Notes: generated from the letters alone by a model not told the origin. DNA of 64,000 bases from Eledone cirrhosa (GCA_964016885.1 OZ024746.1:27342001-27406000), one strand, 5' to 3'. Positions 1 through 14,300 are shown, counted from the first letter of the stretch. Numbers and translations are program-made.

Positions 1-20
1 AAACTGAGAGACAGGTGAGT
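1..20 (+). other. Possible exon 3' end and splice donor (CAG|GTGAGT)
   Basis: Consensus-perfect donor acag|gtgagt at 11-20; only the last few exon bases would fall inside the window. Confidence 0.3.
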
Positions 21-160
21 AAAATGGATTGATTTATATGTAAGACGACATGCCAAACTGAATGCTGAAATTTCATTACAGAAACATCATTTTATTTGAT
101 GAAAAGTACCGATGTACGAAATATTTGCCGCTCCATTCTCTTATATAGTTTGTGTGATAT

Positions 161-220
161 AGGGTTAGAATTAGGGTTAGGGTTAGGGCAATGGTTAGAG
201 TTATGGTTAAGGTTAGGCTT
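161..220 (+). repeat. Degenerate interstitial telomere-like (TTAGGG)n tract
   Basis: agggttagaattagggttagggttagggcaatggttagagttatggttaaggttagg. Confidence 0.7.
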
Positions 221-298
221 AAGTTGTGGGTTTTTCTATAAATAAGTGGTGCATGAATTTATGTGTTCGTTTGAGCAGGTGTGTATGTTCGTTTGAGC

Positions 299-355
<57 letters not shown>

Positions 356-451
356 TGAGTGTGTGTGTGCCGCATACAAATAATCATTTTCTATTGTACG
401 TGATGAAGAATTTCGATTCCTCCAGATGTGATAACTCCATATTATTATTGG

Positions 452-588
452 ATGGCCCTTGCCATTCTGAGTTCAAATCCCGCCGAGGTTAACTTTGCCT
501 TTCATCCTTACGGGGTCGATAAAATAAAGTACCAGTAATGTACTGGGTAATTTCTGGCCTTGTGCCAAACGTAGAAACAATTATTATT
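452..588 (+). mobile_element. tRNA-derived SINE family 1, 5'-truncated
   Basis: B-box gagttcaaatcc, conserved body cgccgaggttaactttgcctttcatccttacggggtcgataaaataaagtaccag and (ATT)n tail; many copies in the window. Confidence 0.85.
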
Positions 589-1664
589 GGATTTATTAAA
601 GTATAAGAGAACCATATTCTTCCTTCGTGTTGTAGTTCAAAGTCAGATTAATAGTTTATTGACCAACTCAGTAAGATTTTCTAATTTTTGATCTCTTAAT
701 GTAAAATATTGTTATTTCAAAGATGGATTAAATATATGACGGGTTGCCAATTTTTTCTAAATAAACATGTCCGTGCTGAAATTGACATGAATTTATCATT
801 CAATATACCTGGAGATTGTCTAACATTAAACGAAAAAACAATTCCTAATCAATAAAGCTATTCAATAGAAAGAAAATCACTGAAAGGTGAGTTATAGTTG
901 TATAGAGAACATCGTCACACTGATAACACTAATCAATAGAAATAACAACACATCTTGGAACAAGGTAAATGTAAGAATAAAATGTTAAACCACAGCAAAT
1001 TACTCAGCCAAGTCAATGGAGTGTGACCAAGGAGAGCCCCAGAATATAGAACCAAAGTAGTATTCTAAGATGACATTTGAAAAATATGTTTAAGAATAAA
1101 TACATGGCATCTGTTTGTTTTGTTAAAACACTAAAAAGAAATTCCATATAACTATTTTAAAAAATGTCCATGTCACAGAGAATGGAACTGACACAAACAC
1201 ACTAAACTGCTATTTAATGGAAGGTGGGGCACATTGCAAGAGTTGCTACGGTCGAATTAAATGCCACAATATTTAATCTAGCTCCCTGCTCTATTCATTT
1301 CCTAGAGGATGATACAGTAAGCTTACGTTAATGGATTGAAAATGTGTCCCTCTGGTAGGAGAAACTCATGAAAAGATAAAAGGTGGTGTCAACGTGAAGG
1401 TTTAAGAACAAAGGACTTCTACAAAGCCCCTATCAACATAATAGCTGCCACAGTTTACCAGCGACAGTCATTAAATGAAGCCAGATAATGTGACTTTAAA
1501 TGTAAAGCAAACATGAATACACACACACACACGTTTGTATGTATGCATATATGTATGTATGCATGTATGTATATATATATATATATATAAGAATTAAAAT
1601 ACTAGAGTGTGTTGGAGTTAAACACCCTCTTCATATTATAGAAATGACAGTAATATTTTCATAA

Positions 1665-1693
<29 letters not shown>

Positions 1694-1695
<2 letters not shown>

Positions 1696-1746
1696 GGAAC
1701 GAGTAGGACCCCGACGGCTGAGCTCAAGCCGTTTCGACGGCTAATT
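1694..1746 (-). ncRNA. 3' half of a hammerhead ribozyme (same family as 19578-19671)
   Basis: Reverse complement reads tagccgtc-GAAAC-ggcttgagctcagcc-GTC-ggggtcctactcgttcc, near-identical to 19636-19684; the 5' core half is missing. Confidence 0.6.
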
Positions 1747-1787
1747 GTGCGTTATGGTCCACCTGGTTCCTTACCACATTTCCTTCG

Positions 1788-1840
<53 letters not shown>

Positions 1841-1845
<5 letters not shown>

Positions 1846-1926
1846 GTGGTTACACAACAGTTAGTTCACCATACCGAGAACAATTGTTCTCGGTATGGTG
1901 AACTAACTGTTGTGTAACCACTTCTA
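1841..1926. repeat. 86-bp perfect palindrome between (TA)n tracts
   Basis: tagaagtggttacacaacagttagttcaccataccgagaacaa|ttgttctcggtatggtgaactaactgttgtgtaaccacttcta, no spacer. Confidence 0.95.
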
Positions 1927-1987
1927 CCTAACTCGTCCCTTGGACTTAGTGCTCTACCACTACGGATATTACCTTCCAGTGTTCCAC

Positions 1988-2037
<50 letters not shown>

Positions 2038-2077
2038 GATATTAAATAAATGGAAATTATATTTATAAAACCATATT

Positions 2078-2143
2078 TATTTCATTATATATATTTCAGG
2101 GATATCATATTAAAAATATGTTATGCCTTCTTCAGACAAAATA
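2078..2143 (-). ncRNA. Type I hammerhead ribozyme (Penelope-like pLTR type)
   Basis: Minus strand: stem I tattttgt/atgaaata, core CTGAAGA, stem II agg...cct, GAAA, palindromic stem III atatatat, AUA cleavage triplet. Confidence 0.6.
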
Positions 2144-2390
2144 CAATATAAACAGTCTTATAAATGTTGATAAATCTTATACTTGTTGAGTGCTTTTATA
2201 TCAGTTATAAATATTTACTCGTTGTAACCCAACAATTTAAATATAACTTTCCATATATATATATATATATATCTTATTGTTTATTCTTATGTTTATTTTT
2301 ACGTTTATTTTTATTTTTATTTGTTCTCCTTCCCCCTTTTTTTCTAATTGTATTTCCACACACCCTCTGAACTCTCTTCCTAACCTGTTT

Positions 2391-2425
2391 ACTCCCGAAG
2401 AAGGGCTTTTGCCCGAAACGTCGTT
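2391..2425 (+). ncRNA. Degenerate minimal hammerhead motif of a Penelope-like element
   Basis: ccgaaga-agggc-tttt-gccc-GAAACGTC matches the typical PLE minimal motif, but with a U4C change and a poor stem I. Confidence 0.5.
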
Positions 2426-2512
2426 CCCCACCCCTCACTCCCAAAAGCGTGAATCTAATAACTCTTTATTTGTCTGCCTCTCTGTTTTGTCCCCGTATAA
2501 ATTTGCATTATA

Positions 2513-2695
2513 TATTTGGCAGTATCGGTAGAGAGTCGGACACCAAGCTTTGAAGCATAGAGTTACGTCCCTTTATGATCTGAGTTCAAATCCCGCCGAG
2601 GTTAACTTTGCCTTTCATCCTTACGGGGTCGATAAAATAAAGTACCAGTAATGCACTGGGTAATTGCTGGCCTTGTGCCAAATGTAGAAACAATT
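2513..2695 (+). mobile_element. tRNA-derived SINE family 1, near full length
   Basis: A-box-like tggcagtatcgg, B-box gagttcaaatcc, conserved body and tail. Confidence 0.85.
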
Positions 2696-3119
2696 ATATA
2701 TTTATATATATATAGATATATATATGGAGAGAGAGAGAGGGAGAGAGAGAGTGTACGGAAAAACCCGAGGAATTACCGCCATGTAGCTTTTTAATGGTTT
2801 CGATGATTTCGTAACGACACTAATGTTCATATTTCGACACTGAAGTCACACACACATACATTCACACACACATACACGCACATACACACACATATATTTA
2901 TGTGTGTGTATGCATGGGTGTATATATATCTTTTCGATCTAATTTTTTTTTCTCTTTGTCTCTTACCCTCTGCCTGTATCCAACATTATATATACATACT
3001 TACATACATAAAACATATAAATAATACTCACACACATACATAAATAATACACATACTTACTTACGTACATAAGCACCCCGTACATACACACATACATAAA
3101 TATGTATACTTGTCTAGAT

Positions 3120-3990
<871 letters not shown>

Positions 3991-4308
3991 TCTATTACTT
4001 TGAGACTTAAACTTTCTGCTAACAATGTATTCTGTTATAAAGTAATTCTGTAAAGAAATGTTTATGTTTGGCTGCAGTTAATCTCTCAGGTAAATGACAG
4101 ATGTCTACAATATTGCGAGATTAACTCTACTCCAACTACATCTCCAATATTTCAAACGGCTTCAATCAGGAAAGTTAGAAATAAAATCACCTAAGTATGG
4201 TTATCGTTAAGAAACCTTCTAAGAACGATGCTGTCTGAGTCTTATATATATATATATCTGTATTTGAAAGTATCACGCATAGAAACACACACACAAAGCG
4301 CCATCATA

Positions 4309-4352
<44 letters not shown>

Positions 4353-4376
4353 CCTACTATCTAAGTGCGTATCATG

Positions 4377-4458
<82 letters not shown>

Positions 4459-4529
4459 AACCCATACACAACATAGATATATAATATATACACTCATAGA
4501 TATATGCAATGTCTCAGACACATTTTCGC

Positions 4530-4560
<31 letters not shown>

Positions 4561-4730
4561 CACACCCTACTATCTAAGTGTGTATCACGAACACACACAC
4601 ACACATACCCCCCCCCCCACACACACGCACAAACGCACAAACGCACACAAACCCATACACAACATAGATATATACACTCATAGATATATGCAATGTCTCA
4701 GACACATTTTCGCATATATATATATATACA

Positions 4731-4806
<76 letters not shown>

Positions 4807-5082
4807 TAGATAAAAGTTGAGATAGTAAACTGAAAACAAAAAAAACGAGGTAACGAAGAGGCAGTAGAAATGTTAATATTAGTTTTACGCTCGCTTGAGA
4901 GTGGGGTATATATATATATATATATAAATGTCAGTATGTTTCTCTGTGTGTGTGTGTGTGTAAGTGTACACTTTTATCGTGTATAGATATGTTTAACTGT
5001 ATAGTAATCATATCAATATAGAAATTATTATTATTTTTATCTAAACAAAAAAGCGCTTAATATATAGAGTGTATATAATAAA

Positions 5083-5272
5083 TAATTGTTTCTATTTTAG
5101 GCACAAGGCCAGCAATTACCCAGTACATTACTGGTACTTTATTTTATCGACCCCGTAAGGATGAAGGCAAAGTTAACCTCGGCGGGATTTGAACTCAGAA
5201 TGGCAAGGGCCGTAACTCTATGCGTCAAAGCATGGCGTCCGACCCTCTACCGATACTGCCATTCCACCACCT
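5083..5272 (-). mobile_element. SINE family 1
   Basis: Reverse complement of the family 1 body and tRNA head. Confidence 0.85.
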
Positions 5273-5781
5273 TATATGTATATAATAAATAATACAGTGC
5301 ATATATAATATATAATATAGTGTGTATATATATCCTGCCGATTCAATCATTGTCATTATATTTGAATGCAGAATAAGGTTATATAAAGTTGATATTTTTG
5401 TGATTGGGAGAGATAAGGTAATAAATATAATCGATCATCGATCAATGAACATATGACTGGTTTGTCTCTCTGAAAACTGTGTTCATGAATAAATAATACA
5501 AAAGATTAAGGGCTTAGTTTGACAGCTTTTACGACTCAATAGTTCTCTACAAGACCTGCAGCCGGCTTATCATGTCGAAATTAGAGTTGGTCAGTCAGAG
5601 AATTTAATCTCTTGTTTCAAATTCTCTCACTCATTCAACCAACATACACTTCTTTGAAATATTCTCTATCACTTATAACTTTAAAATATTTCAAGATACA
5701 ACTTTCTTGTCAATATATGAATGCATGTAAGGTGCTGCGGAAGAAAGAATAGAAATATATTTTTTATCTTTTTAATAAAAG

Positions 5782-5782
<1 letters not shown>

Positions 5783-5812
<30 letters not shown>

Positions 5813-6260
5813 ACGTTTAACGTCCGTGTTCCACGCTTGCATGGGTTTGGACGGGGGTAGTCCCACTTGAGGCAAGAGTGATTGTCTTGCTCGCATAGGA
5901 CTGTCTGGCAGGTTTTCTACAGTTGGATGCCCTTCCTAACACCAACCACATTTACAGTGTGGGTCTGGGAGGTTTTTACCGTGTTGCCTACACGGCCACA
6001 TTACAGCGTGGACTGTGTGTTTTTTTTGTTGTGACACCTACACGATCTCATTTTTTTCGGCCTGGATGGTGTGGCACCAACACAACTTTACATAGAACGG
6101 GGTGGTGTGGATGGGGTGGGGGTGGTGGGACGGGGGGGGGTATTTTGTTAGAGATGCCTACTGGCTGTAGTAGGTTTTACTATGTATTTAGGTAAGGCGG
6201 GTCTTCTCTGTTACTGAGTACCGCCAAAGGTCTCGGTCCAGTGACATTGTCTTGGAGAGG
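5783..6260 (-). mobile_element. RTE-related SINE or non-autonomous element with (GAT)n tail
   Basis: Minus strand has an RTE-5'UTR-like motif (ggttggtgttaggaagggcatccaactgtagaaaa) and ends ...cacggacgttaaacgtt(gat)n. Confidence 0.55.
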
Positions 6261-6316
6261 TGAAATACTATAAATGCTCTCTAGAAGACCTGAATCTATC
6301 ACACACACACAAACAT

Positions 6317-6384
<68 letters not shown>

Positions 6385-6474
6385 AGATAGATAGAGAGAT
6401 AGAGAGAGAGAGAGAGCGAAAGATATAAAGAGAGATAGAGAGATAGAGAAATAGAGAGAGAGAGGGGGAAGAGA

Positions 6475-6531
<57 letters not shown>

Positions 6532-6924
6532 GTGAAATATACCTTTAATACTAAATATATGTATAAGGATACAGTATATTTATACTTTACTATTATTTGT
6601 GTGCTTATTGTTTCCTATAGATCTAGGAGATTTTAACCACTTCTTATTTATACAGATCTAGATGTCAACAGAAATATCATGTATATAGAGAGGCCACCAC
6701 AAATCGATAAGATATTACATTGTTCTGTCAAGGTCAACTAAGACAGAAGGGCTGTATCGTTTTATAGTTTTATAGTTATTGTTAGGCCCGCTAATAGAGG
6801 TGGACGGGTTTTACAGACTGGTGGCTTATGCCCGGTGGGCCAGAAAAAAACATAGTTAAAAAATGATCCCAAAACAGAACTTATCGTCTCAGTTGCACAA
6901 AGATTAATACGAAAGTGGAAATTG

Positions 6925-7465
6925 CCTTAGCTGAGCAGTGAAAACACATCTCTGGCCCTCAGCAGTTTGTTGGTCAGTATCATCTTAGTTGAGCAGTGAA
7001 AACATACATTTGGCCCTCAATAGTCCGTTAGTCAGTGTCACCTTAGCTGATTAGTGGAAACACACATCTGACCCTCAATAGTCTGTTATCAGTGTCTCTT
7101 TTGCTGAGCAGTGAAAACACAGCTCTGGTCCTCTGCAGTCTGTAGGTAACTGTCACCTTAGCTGATCAGTGAAAAACATACATCTGGCCCTCAGCAGTAT
7201 GTAGGTCAGTGGCACCTTACCTGAGCAGTGGAAACACACATTTGGCCCTCAATAGTCTGTTAGTGTCACCTTAGTCGAGCAGTGAAAACAAACTTTATGT
7301 TCTCAATTTTCGAATTTTCTTGTTAGTCTGTATTACCTTAGCTGAGCAGTAAAAACAGACTTGACCAAGAGATTTAGTCTGTGGCACCTTAGCTGAGAAG
7401 AGGAAACACACCTCTGCCCCCCAGAAGTCTGTTAGTCGGTGTTACTTTAACTAAGCATTGAAAAC
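6925..7465 (+). repeat. ~59-bp tandem repeat, about 9 diverged units
   Basis: Recurring caccttagctgagcagtgaaaacacacatctggccctcaatagtctgttagtcagtgt. Confidence 0.9.
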
Positions 7466-7539
7466 TGGCTGTGGGAGCCAACAATCTATGTACGTGTGTG
7501 ACTGGGCAAGCTGTCATAACAATAAAATATTATAGCACA

Positions 7540-7682
7540 ATTACGTCCCTTTACGGACTGAGTTCAAATCCCGCCGAGGTTAACTTTGCCTTTCATCCTT
7601 ACGGGGTCGATAAAATAAAGTACCAGTAATACACTGGGTAATTACTGGCCTTGTGCCATAAGTAGAAACAATTATTATTATT
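7540..7682 (+). mobile_element. SINE family 1, 5'-truncated
   Basis: Family 1 body and tail. Confidence 0.8.
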
Positions 7683-8411
7683 ATCATTATTTTGTTGTTG
7701 TGTACGGCTCATATAAAACAATCTTGACACACAACACACATCTCATGCCATAAACATCAAATTAAATATAACAACACAATTCTGGTAACATATAATCTAC
7801 AAGATTAATTACCCTATAGAATAACACAACGGACACATGCAATAGCCGAAAGAACAAACACTAAAATAACACAAGAAACTACAAGCTAAACCCCATAAAA
7901 AGAAACATGACTGAACCAGTTCACTAACAGGCGTCTATACTTCTCCAACTCCCATAAATATGAGAACACAATGCTGCACACATCTCAAGAACATGGAGAT
8001 ATATCAGGTGATATAATGGAAACTCACAAGAGACTATCAGAATGATAATAGGGATTTCTAATTAGATAAAAGGCTAGTAAATTTGGCGAGAGGGCAAAGT
8101 TAATTAAATCAATCCCAGTACTTGGCTACTATTTTATTTTATCGAACCTGGGGAAAACGAAATGCGAAGTTTACCATCGCTGGATTTGTACACAGAACAT
8201 ATAGAGCGAAAACAATTACCACAACCCGTTCTTTCAATGATTTAATGATTTTCAAAATGATCTGTCTTTGGGTTTTAATTAAGGCACAAGGCCAGCAAAT
8301 TGGGAGGAGCATGAGTTGATAAAATTGACAACAGTACTGACAGATATTTTATTTTATGCCCTAAAGCAATTTGTGCGATGCACAACAGATATTGCCAATC
8401 AACGGACTTTA

Positions 8412-9146
8412 TAATAATGGTTTCTTATATAGGCTCAAGGCCAGCAATTTTGGGGGAGGGGGAAGTCGATTAAATCGACCCCTGTGCGTGATTGGTACAT
8501 TATTTTATCGACGCCGTAAGGATGTAAGGCAAAGTTAACCTTGGCGGGATTTGAACTTATAACGTAAAGGGGCGTAACTCTATGCTGCAAAGCATGTTGT
8601 CCGACCCCCACCCTCCACCGATACTGCCAATCTACCACCCTAATAATAATAATATAGGCACAAGGCCAGCAATTTTGGGGAGAGGAGGAAAGTCGATTAA
8701 ATCGACACCAGTGCATTACTGGTAATTTATTTTATCAACCCCGTAAGGTTGAAAGTCAAAGCTAACCTCGGCGAAAATAATAATAATATTAGTATGAACA
8801 GTTGTAATTGGTTCTTGTCGAGGAAGAGGGTGGGGATTAGGGTGGGGTGGGTGAGTCGTTATTAAATAACAGCGGGAAAATAAATCAATAAAATAATCAA
8901 AGAAAATTTGGTAATAAATTCTTCAGAAAAAAACTTTCGACAATTGATGAAGCTGAGAATTGAGAAATAGTTGTTTCTACTTTAGGCACAAGGCCAGCAA
9001 TTACCCAGTGCATTACTGGTACTTTATTTTATCGACCCCGTAAGGATGAAAGGCAAAGTCAACCTCGGCGGGATTTGAACTCAGATCGTAAAGGGACGTA
9101 ACTATGCTGGAAAGCATGGCGTCCGACCCTCTACCGATACTGCCAA
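8412..9146 (-). mobile_element. Cluster of three SINE family 1 copies (8415-8640, 8650-8775, 8968-9146)
   Basis: Repeated ggcacaaggccagcaatt...atcgaccccgtaaggatgaaaggcaaagttaacctcggcggg. Confidence 0.85.
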
Positions 9147-9533
9147 TGAAAATAACATATATTGTTCTGTATGGTTTTTTTGATAGAGGATGTGTAGTGT
9201 TAGGGATTCTATTACCAAGAAGAATAGGGTGTATATAAGGGGAAGAGTATATATATATATAGACATTATATAACCAACGGCGCATGTAATACGTAGTTAT
9301 ATAGAGTTATGAAGAACATGGTGTGGTGTTATAAAGATTGTATGTATGTATATATGCATATATATGTGTGTATGCATGTATATTTGTATGCATGTATGTA
9401 TATACGTATATATGTATGTATGGATGGATGTTTGTTCTACACAGGCATAAACTTTCTTTTATTTGTATAGAGTTTATCACTGCTTCTGTTGAATTTCTCT
9501 TCTGAGCTGCAGAGGGATTAGGAAAGAAGAGAG

Positions 9534-9578
<45 letters not shown>

Positions 9579-10234
9579 CACACACACACACACATATGTA
9601 TGTGTATATTCAACGAACATCCTGATGCACACAACCGTACATCGGTCCTTCGCTCTTCCCCTCTCTCTTTCGAATACACACACACACATACGCACACACA
9701 CACACATACACACACACACACACACACACATGCAAACATACACAAGCACATTAATACAACACAGTTTGAAACATAATATGGTAAATAGATTGATTAGCAC
9801 GAGCCGCTACATGTGATAAAGACAGTGGTAATACTGTGAATCGATTTCTCAAACAAATTATGTGACTGAGTCGGTAAAGGTAATCTACATTATCGATTTT
9901 GCTTCTGTTAAGCATTAGCCAGCATACATGATCACACGCCGTGATAATAGAGAACTTTCTACAATATGACAGTGCGTGTGCTGCCGTTTCATGAGATTTA
10001 GCCTGCTGTTCTTTTCGCTAGATTTTCACAGAATTATAGAATCGCAGACTCGCAGAATCGCAGAAACCTTTGAAAAGCCACCCCGAATACAACAGAACAG
10101 TTGTATGTTCTCGTGTAGATTATTTAATTAATTTGTAGTTCATTCTTTGCAAATACAAATTCTTTCGCTTTTTTTTTCTTTTAGTATTAGTATCTATCTA
10201 TCTATCTAACTATCTATGTGTCTATCTGTTTATC

Positions 10235-10314
<80 letters not shown>

Positions 10315-10420
10315 GTCTGTCTGTCTGCCTATTAGTCTGCCTGTCTGTCTGCTTGTCTGTCTGTCTGTCTGTCTGCCTCCCCCCCCCATCTCTCTCTCTC
10401 TCTCTATATATATATATAAA

Positions 10421-10523
10421 CGGAAAAAATGAAACGAAATTTCATTTCCCACTCTTAGTACGGCTGTTACTTAAATAAAAGTATCTACACGTACATACAT
10501 ATATGTATACAGACGTACAGTAG

Positions 10524-10573
<50 letters not shown>

Positions 10574-10785
10574 CTGCACACATATATATATATGTACGTA
10601 TGGATTCACCGAACATTTATTATAATGCTCGGTGTGTTTGTAAACAAACATCCCGTATTAAGCCGTAGTGTCTAGCAACCATCGTTGCTCGTTTGTTCAA
10701 CACTGACAAAGGAACGCTGTACTAGTTTCAAGCTTATTAGCTATCGTCAGCAACGTATACCTTCCTGCCAGATGATTGAACGTCT
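10421..10785 (-). mobile_element. Short non-coding hammerhead-bearing element, copy 1 (Penelope-derived or retrozyme-like)
   Basis: Colinear second copy at 31098-31448; flanked by (TA)n; carries the hammerhead at 10715-10755. Confidence 0.7.
10715..10755 (-). ncRNA. Minimal type I hammerhead ribozyme
   Basis: Minus strand: cgttg-CTGACGA-tagc-taataa-gctt-GAAAC-ta-GTA-cagcg; stem I cgttg/cagcg. Confidence 0.75.
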
Positions 10786-10792
10786 ATATATA

Positions 10793-11288
10793 TATAATCA
10801 AGGTTTAGCAAATAAGAAAAAGTTTTAAAATAAATTTTAAAAAGTTCACTGTACCTGCTATAATTACCCTTACCGCGCGGTTTCAAGTCTCAAAATAAAT
10901 GGATAATCCATGCAGAAATCCATTGAGAAGAAGACTTTCGTCAGAGGGTTCTTCTCACTCGGAGAATATAAAATTCACGAGTTCAAATCACGAACTGGCG
11001 CCATACAGAACTGTTCCCAAGGTGAGAGTGTATGATGAAAAAACAATTTTGTCTAGTGCGGTGTATAAAGATAGAAGGCAGGGGCGGAAAGGTCAATGTA
11101 CTGTCACTAGAAATAGCAGCAGTTAAAACGACCAAAATGTTATCTCGACCAGGGGAGATTAATAATAATAAAGTATGTTTCCCTACATGCAAAATGCATA
11201 TAGGAACACATGTATTATCCAACGGTATGCCAATGTGGTTCTATGGCAGGTTAATAAATTAACGAGCCAGAACATATATAATCAAGGT
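10793..11288 (-). mobile_element. Penelope-like remnant with short terminal direct repeat
   Basis: tataatcaaggtt repeated at both ends (~10793 and ~11277); contains the hammerhead at 10866-10949 followed by a donor-like aggtacag. Confidence 0.6.
10866..10949 (-). ncRNA. Type I hammerhead ribozyme, complete canonical core
   Basis: Minus strand: accct-CTGACGA-aagtct...agactt-GAAAC-cgcgcg-GTA-agggt; all three stems pair. Confidence 0.85.
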
Positions 11289-11396
11289 TGATCCCACTCT
11301 ATATACAAAACACTCACGGATACACATGCTCATGCACTAACACAAACACACACATATGCACACACACACAGGCTCACATACAGACTCACGCCCCAC

Positions 11397-11480
<84 letters not shown>

Positions 11481-11714
11481 ATCTATCTTTTTTACCATTT
11501 AAGAGGTTGAAGTTTGATCGCCGGCCAAACTCAGCTTTAATGATAATACTAATATATTTTATTGGCCACAAGAGTCCAAGAGATTGGGGGCAATACAAGG
11601 ACAAAACAACACAAAGTGGGGTTTACATCGAGTGAAGAAAAGGGGACATCACTGAATAGAAAATAAAAGGAATAACAATAACAGAATTTGTAATAAATAT
11701 ATGAGGATAAGGTA

Positions 11715-11985
11715 CAAGTCAAGGCATGTTTATTTGTGGGAGACCAGCAGTCACTCACATATACCAGTGCCCCCTCTCCATCGATGCTGTCCAAGGGAAA
11801 GGCAAAGGCCGACACAGCTTGGCACTATTGACGTCGCAACTCATTTCTATAGTTTAGTGAACTGGAGATACGTGAAATAAAGTGTCTTGCTCAAGAACCT
11901 AATGCAAAGCCCGGTTCGAGAATCGAATTCACAACATCGCGATTGAAAGTCTGAGGCTCTAACCACTAAGCCATACGCCTTCACA
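11715..11985 (-). mobile_element. tRNA-derived SINE family 2 (CORE-like body)
   Basis: Minus strand: A-box tggcttagtggttag, B-box-like gaattcgattc, CORE-like ttcttgagcaagacactttatttcac. Confidence 0.75.
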
Positions 11986-12184
11986 ATAATAAATATATAT
12001 AACAATAGAAAACAGTAACAATAAAGAATGTCAACATAGACCAATTGCCCAATTGTAATTCCAGGGAGAAGCCCATATAAAACCTGGGTTAATTTGTTGC
12101 CTCACCGGCATTGAAATTGCTCTCTCCCACTTTCCTTCCTCTTGTTTAGAAAAGTAGAATCAGTATCAATATCCATCTTCCATT

Positions 12185-12778
12185 ATAATTGTTACTACTT
12201 TTGCTACAAGGCCAGCAATTTTGCAGGTAAGTCCATTAAAGCTAACCTTGACGGGTTTTGAACTCAGAACGTACGGCGGCGTAAGTATATGCCGCAAATC
12301 ATATTGTCCGACGCTCTACCGATTCTGCCAACCCACCACCCTAATAAATAAAAATAATAATAATTGTTTCTACTTTTGGCACAAGGCCAGCAATTATCCC
12401 AGTGTATTACTGGTACTTTATTTTATCGACCCCATAAGGATGAAAGGCAAAGTTAACCTTGGCGGGATTTGAATTCAGACCATATAGGGCCGTAACTCTT
12501 TGCTGCAAAGCATGGCGTCCGACCCTCTACCGATACTGCCAATCCACCGCCTTAATAATGGTTTCTGATTTAGGCACAAGGTCAGAAAATTTGGGGGAGG
12601 GGAAAGTCGATTAAATCGACCCCAATACGTTACTGGTACTTTATTTTATCGACCTCGATAGGATGAAAGGCAAAGTTGACCTCGGTGGGTTTTAAACTTA
12701 GAACGTAATGGGACGTAACACTATGCTGCAAAGCATGTTGTTCGACGCCCTACCGATACTGTCAATCAACCACTCCCT
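12185..12778 (-). mobile_element. Head-to-tail array of three SINE family 1 copies
   Basis: Three consecutive bodies separated only by (AAT)n tails. Confidence 0.85.
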
Positions 12779-13444
12779 ACTACTAATATGATAATAGCTT
12801 CTCCGTTATGATATTATCACGTAGGTGGATGTACAACAGAGTGTTGGTAAAGTAATGAATTAAAAGGCAGTATGCTTGAATTTTAGAATTTCACCTTATT
12901 CTATTTATTATTAAATCTTTGTGTCTGTTGTATAATCTTCAGATACAGTTTCTTCAGACAATTCTCAGTTGAATAAACATTACTGATGTAAGTACTTAGG
13001 TGATACAACAGCTGGCGGGCTGAAGAGGTTGTACTTTACCGCCCAGCTGGTTATTGCTATACAAGCCTAAACTAATATTTCTAAATTCTGTTAATTTTTT
13101 GCCAATGCTGAGTACATAACTATAAATGTTTAGAACTTTAGTAGAAAGCAACAAAATAGGTTTGCAGTAAAAGCTACTCTCCACTGTATTTATCAAGTAT
13201 ACATTTTACACATTCTCGTTCTTGAAAACCACACGTCTATATCAGCACACCTTTTCAATTACATCATATCTATTAGTGGTCTTAGATCGATATCAGAATA
13301 AATATGCAACAATAGAATTAACGAACTGAAATACAAGTTCTGAAGACGTTAATGCATTTTATTTTATATGAACTGTTTCCCCCGCGGCAAAGGTGACAGT
13401 AGTTTTGATGTTTCATATAAAACGAAAGAAGGTTAAAACACACA

Positions 13445-13554
<110 letters not shown>

Positions 13555-14268
13555 TATGCACACAAAAACATGCAAACACAAACTCACACACACACACACA
13601 CCCTAATGACATAAATACATAAACAACAGCAACCAAAGCAACAACAAAAACCACAACAATAACAACACGCCAACAGAGATAACAACAACAGCCACAACAA
13701 ACATAGATATGAAAAGCAATAAATACGAAGATAAAACCTACATCTGTTCAAATCAAAAACAGTATGTAACTTGTTTCAGAGAAGATATTATTGCCAACAG
13801 ATACTTTTAGTTAGTTCCCTCTATTACCAATAAAAATATCGGTTTTCCTTTGCAGGAAGTACGTATACAACCTAGTAAACTATTCCAATATATTTTCCAT
13901 TTGCTAGTTTATTTATTTGATATTTTTCTTCGGATTTTTGCCAGACGTAGTAGGCGAATATTCCCTTTAATCCCTCTATATATGCTGCTATAATATCAGC
14001 ACGCTCAGCTATATAGAAAGTAAGTAACTTCGATATCCGGTCTCTCAGTTATAGAGAGAGTTACTAACTAGAAAGTCGATACGGTTTCTTCTCCCTCATT
14101 GAAATTACTGTCAAGTGAGATCTTTTAAAACATAAAATTTTTTCGTTTCACTCCTATCATCCTATCTCTCTATCAGTCTCTTTATCACATATATGTACGA
14201 CAACAGCTGCACTATCTGTAAGATAGCGTGTTCGTGCGACACACACAACACACACACCACATATATAT

Positions 14269-14300
<32 letters not shown>

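Noticed and set aside
161-220. Telomere or chromosome-fusion scar
   Set aside because: Short, degenerate and single orientation; such tracts are common inside repeats.
6925-7465. CRISPR-like periodicity (also 17230-17475 and 32783-33700)
   Set aside because: Whole units repeat with no unique spacers, there are no cas genes, and the context is eukaryotic.
11900-11985. tRNA gene (also other A/B-box heads)
   Set aside because: Continues into a SINE body and has no convincing cloverleaf.
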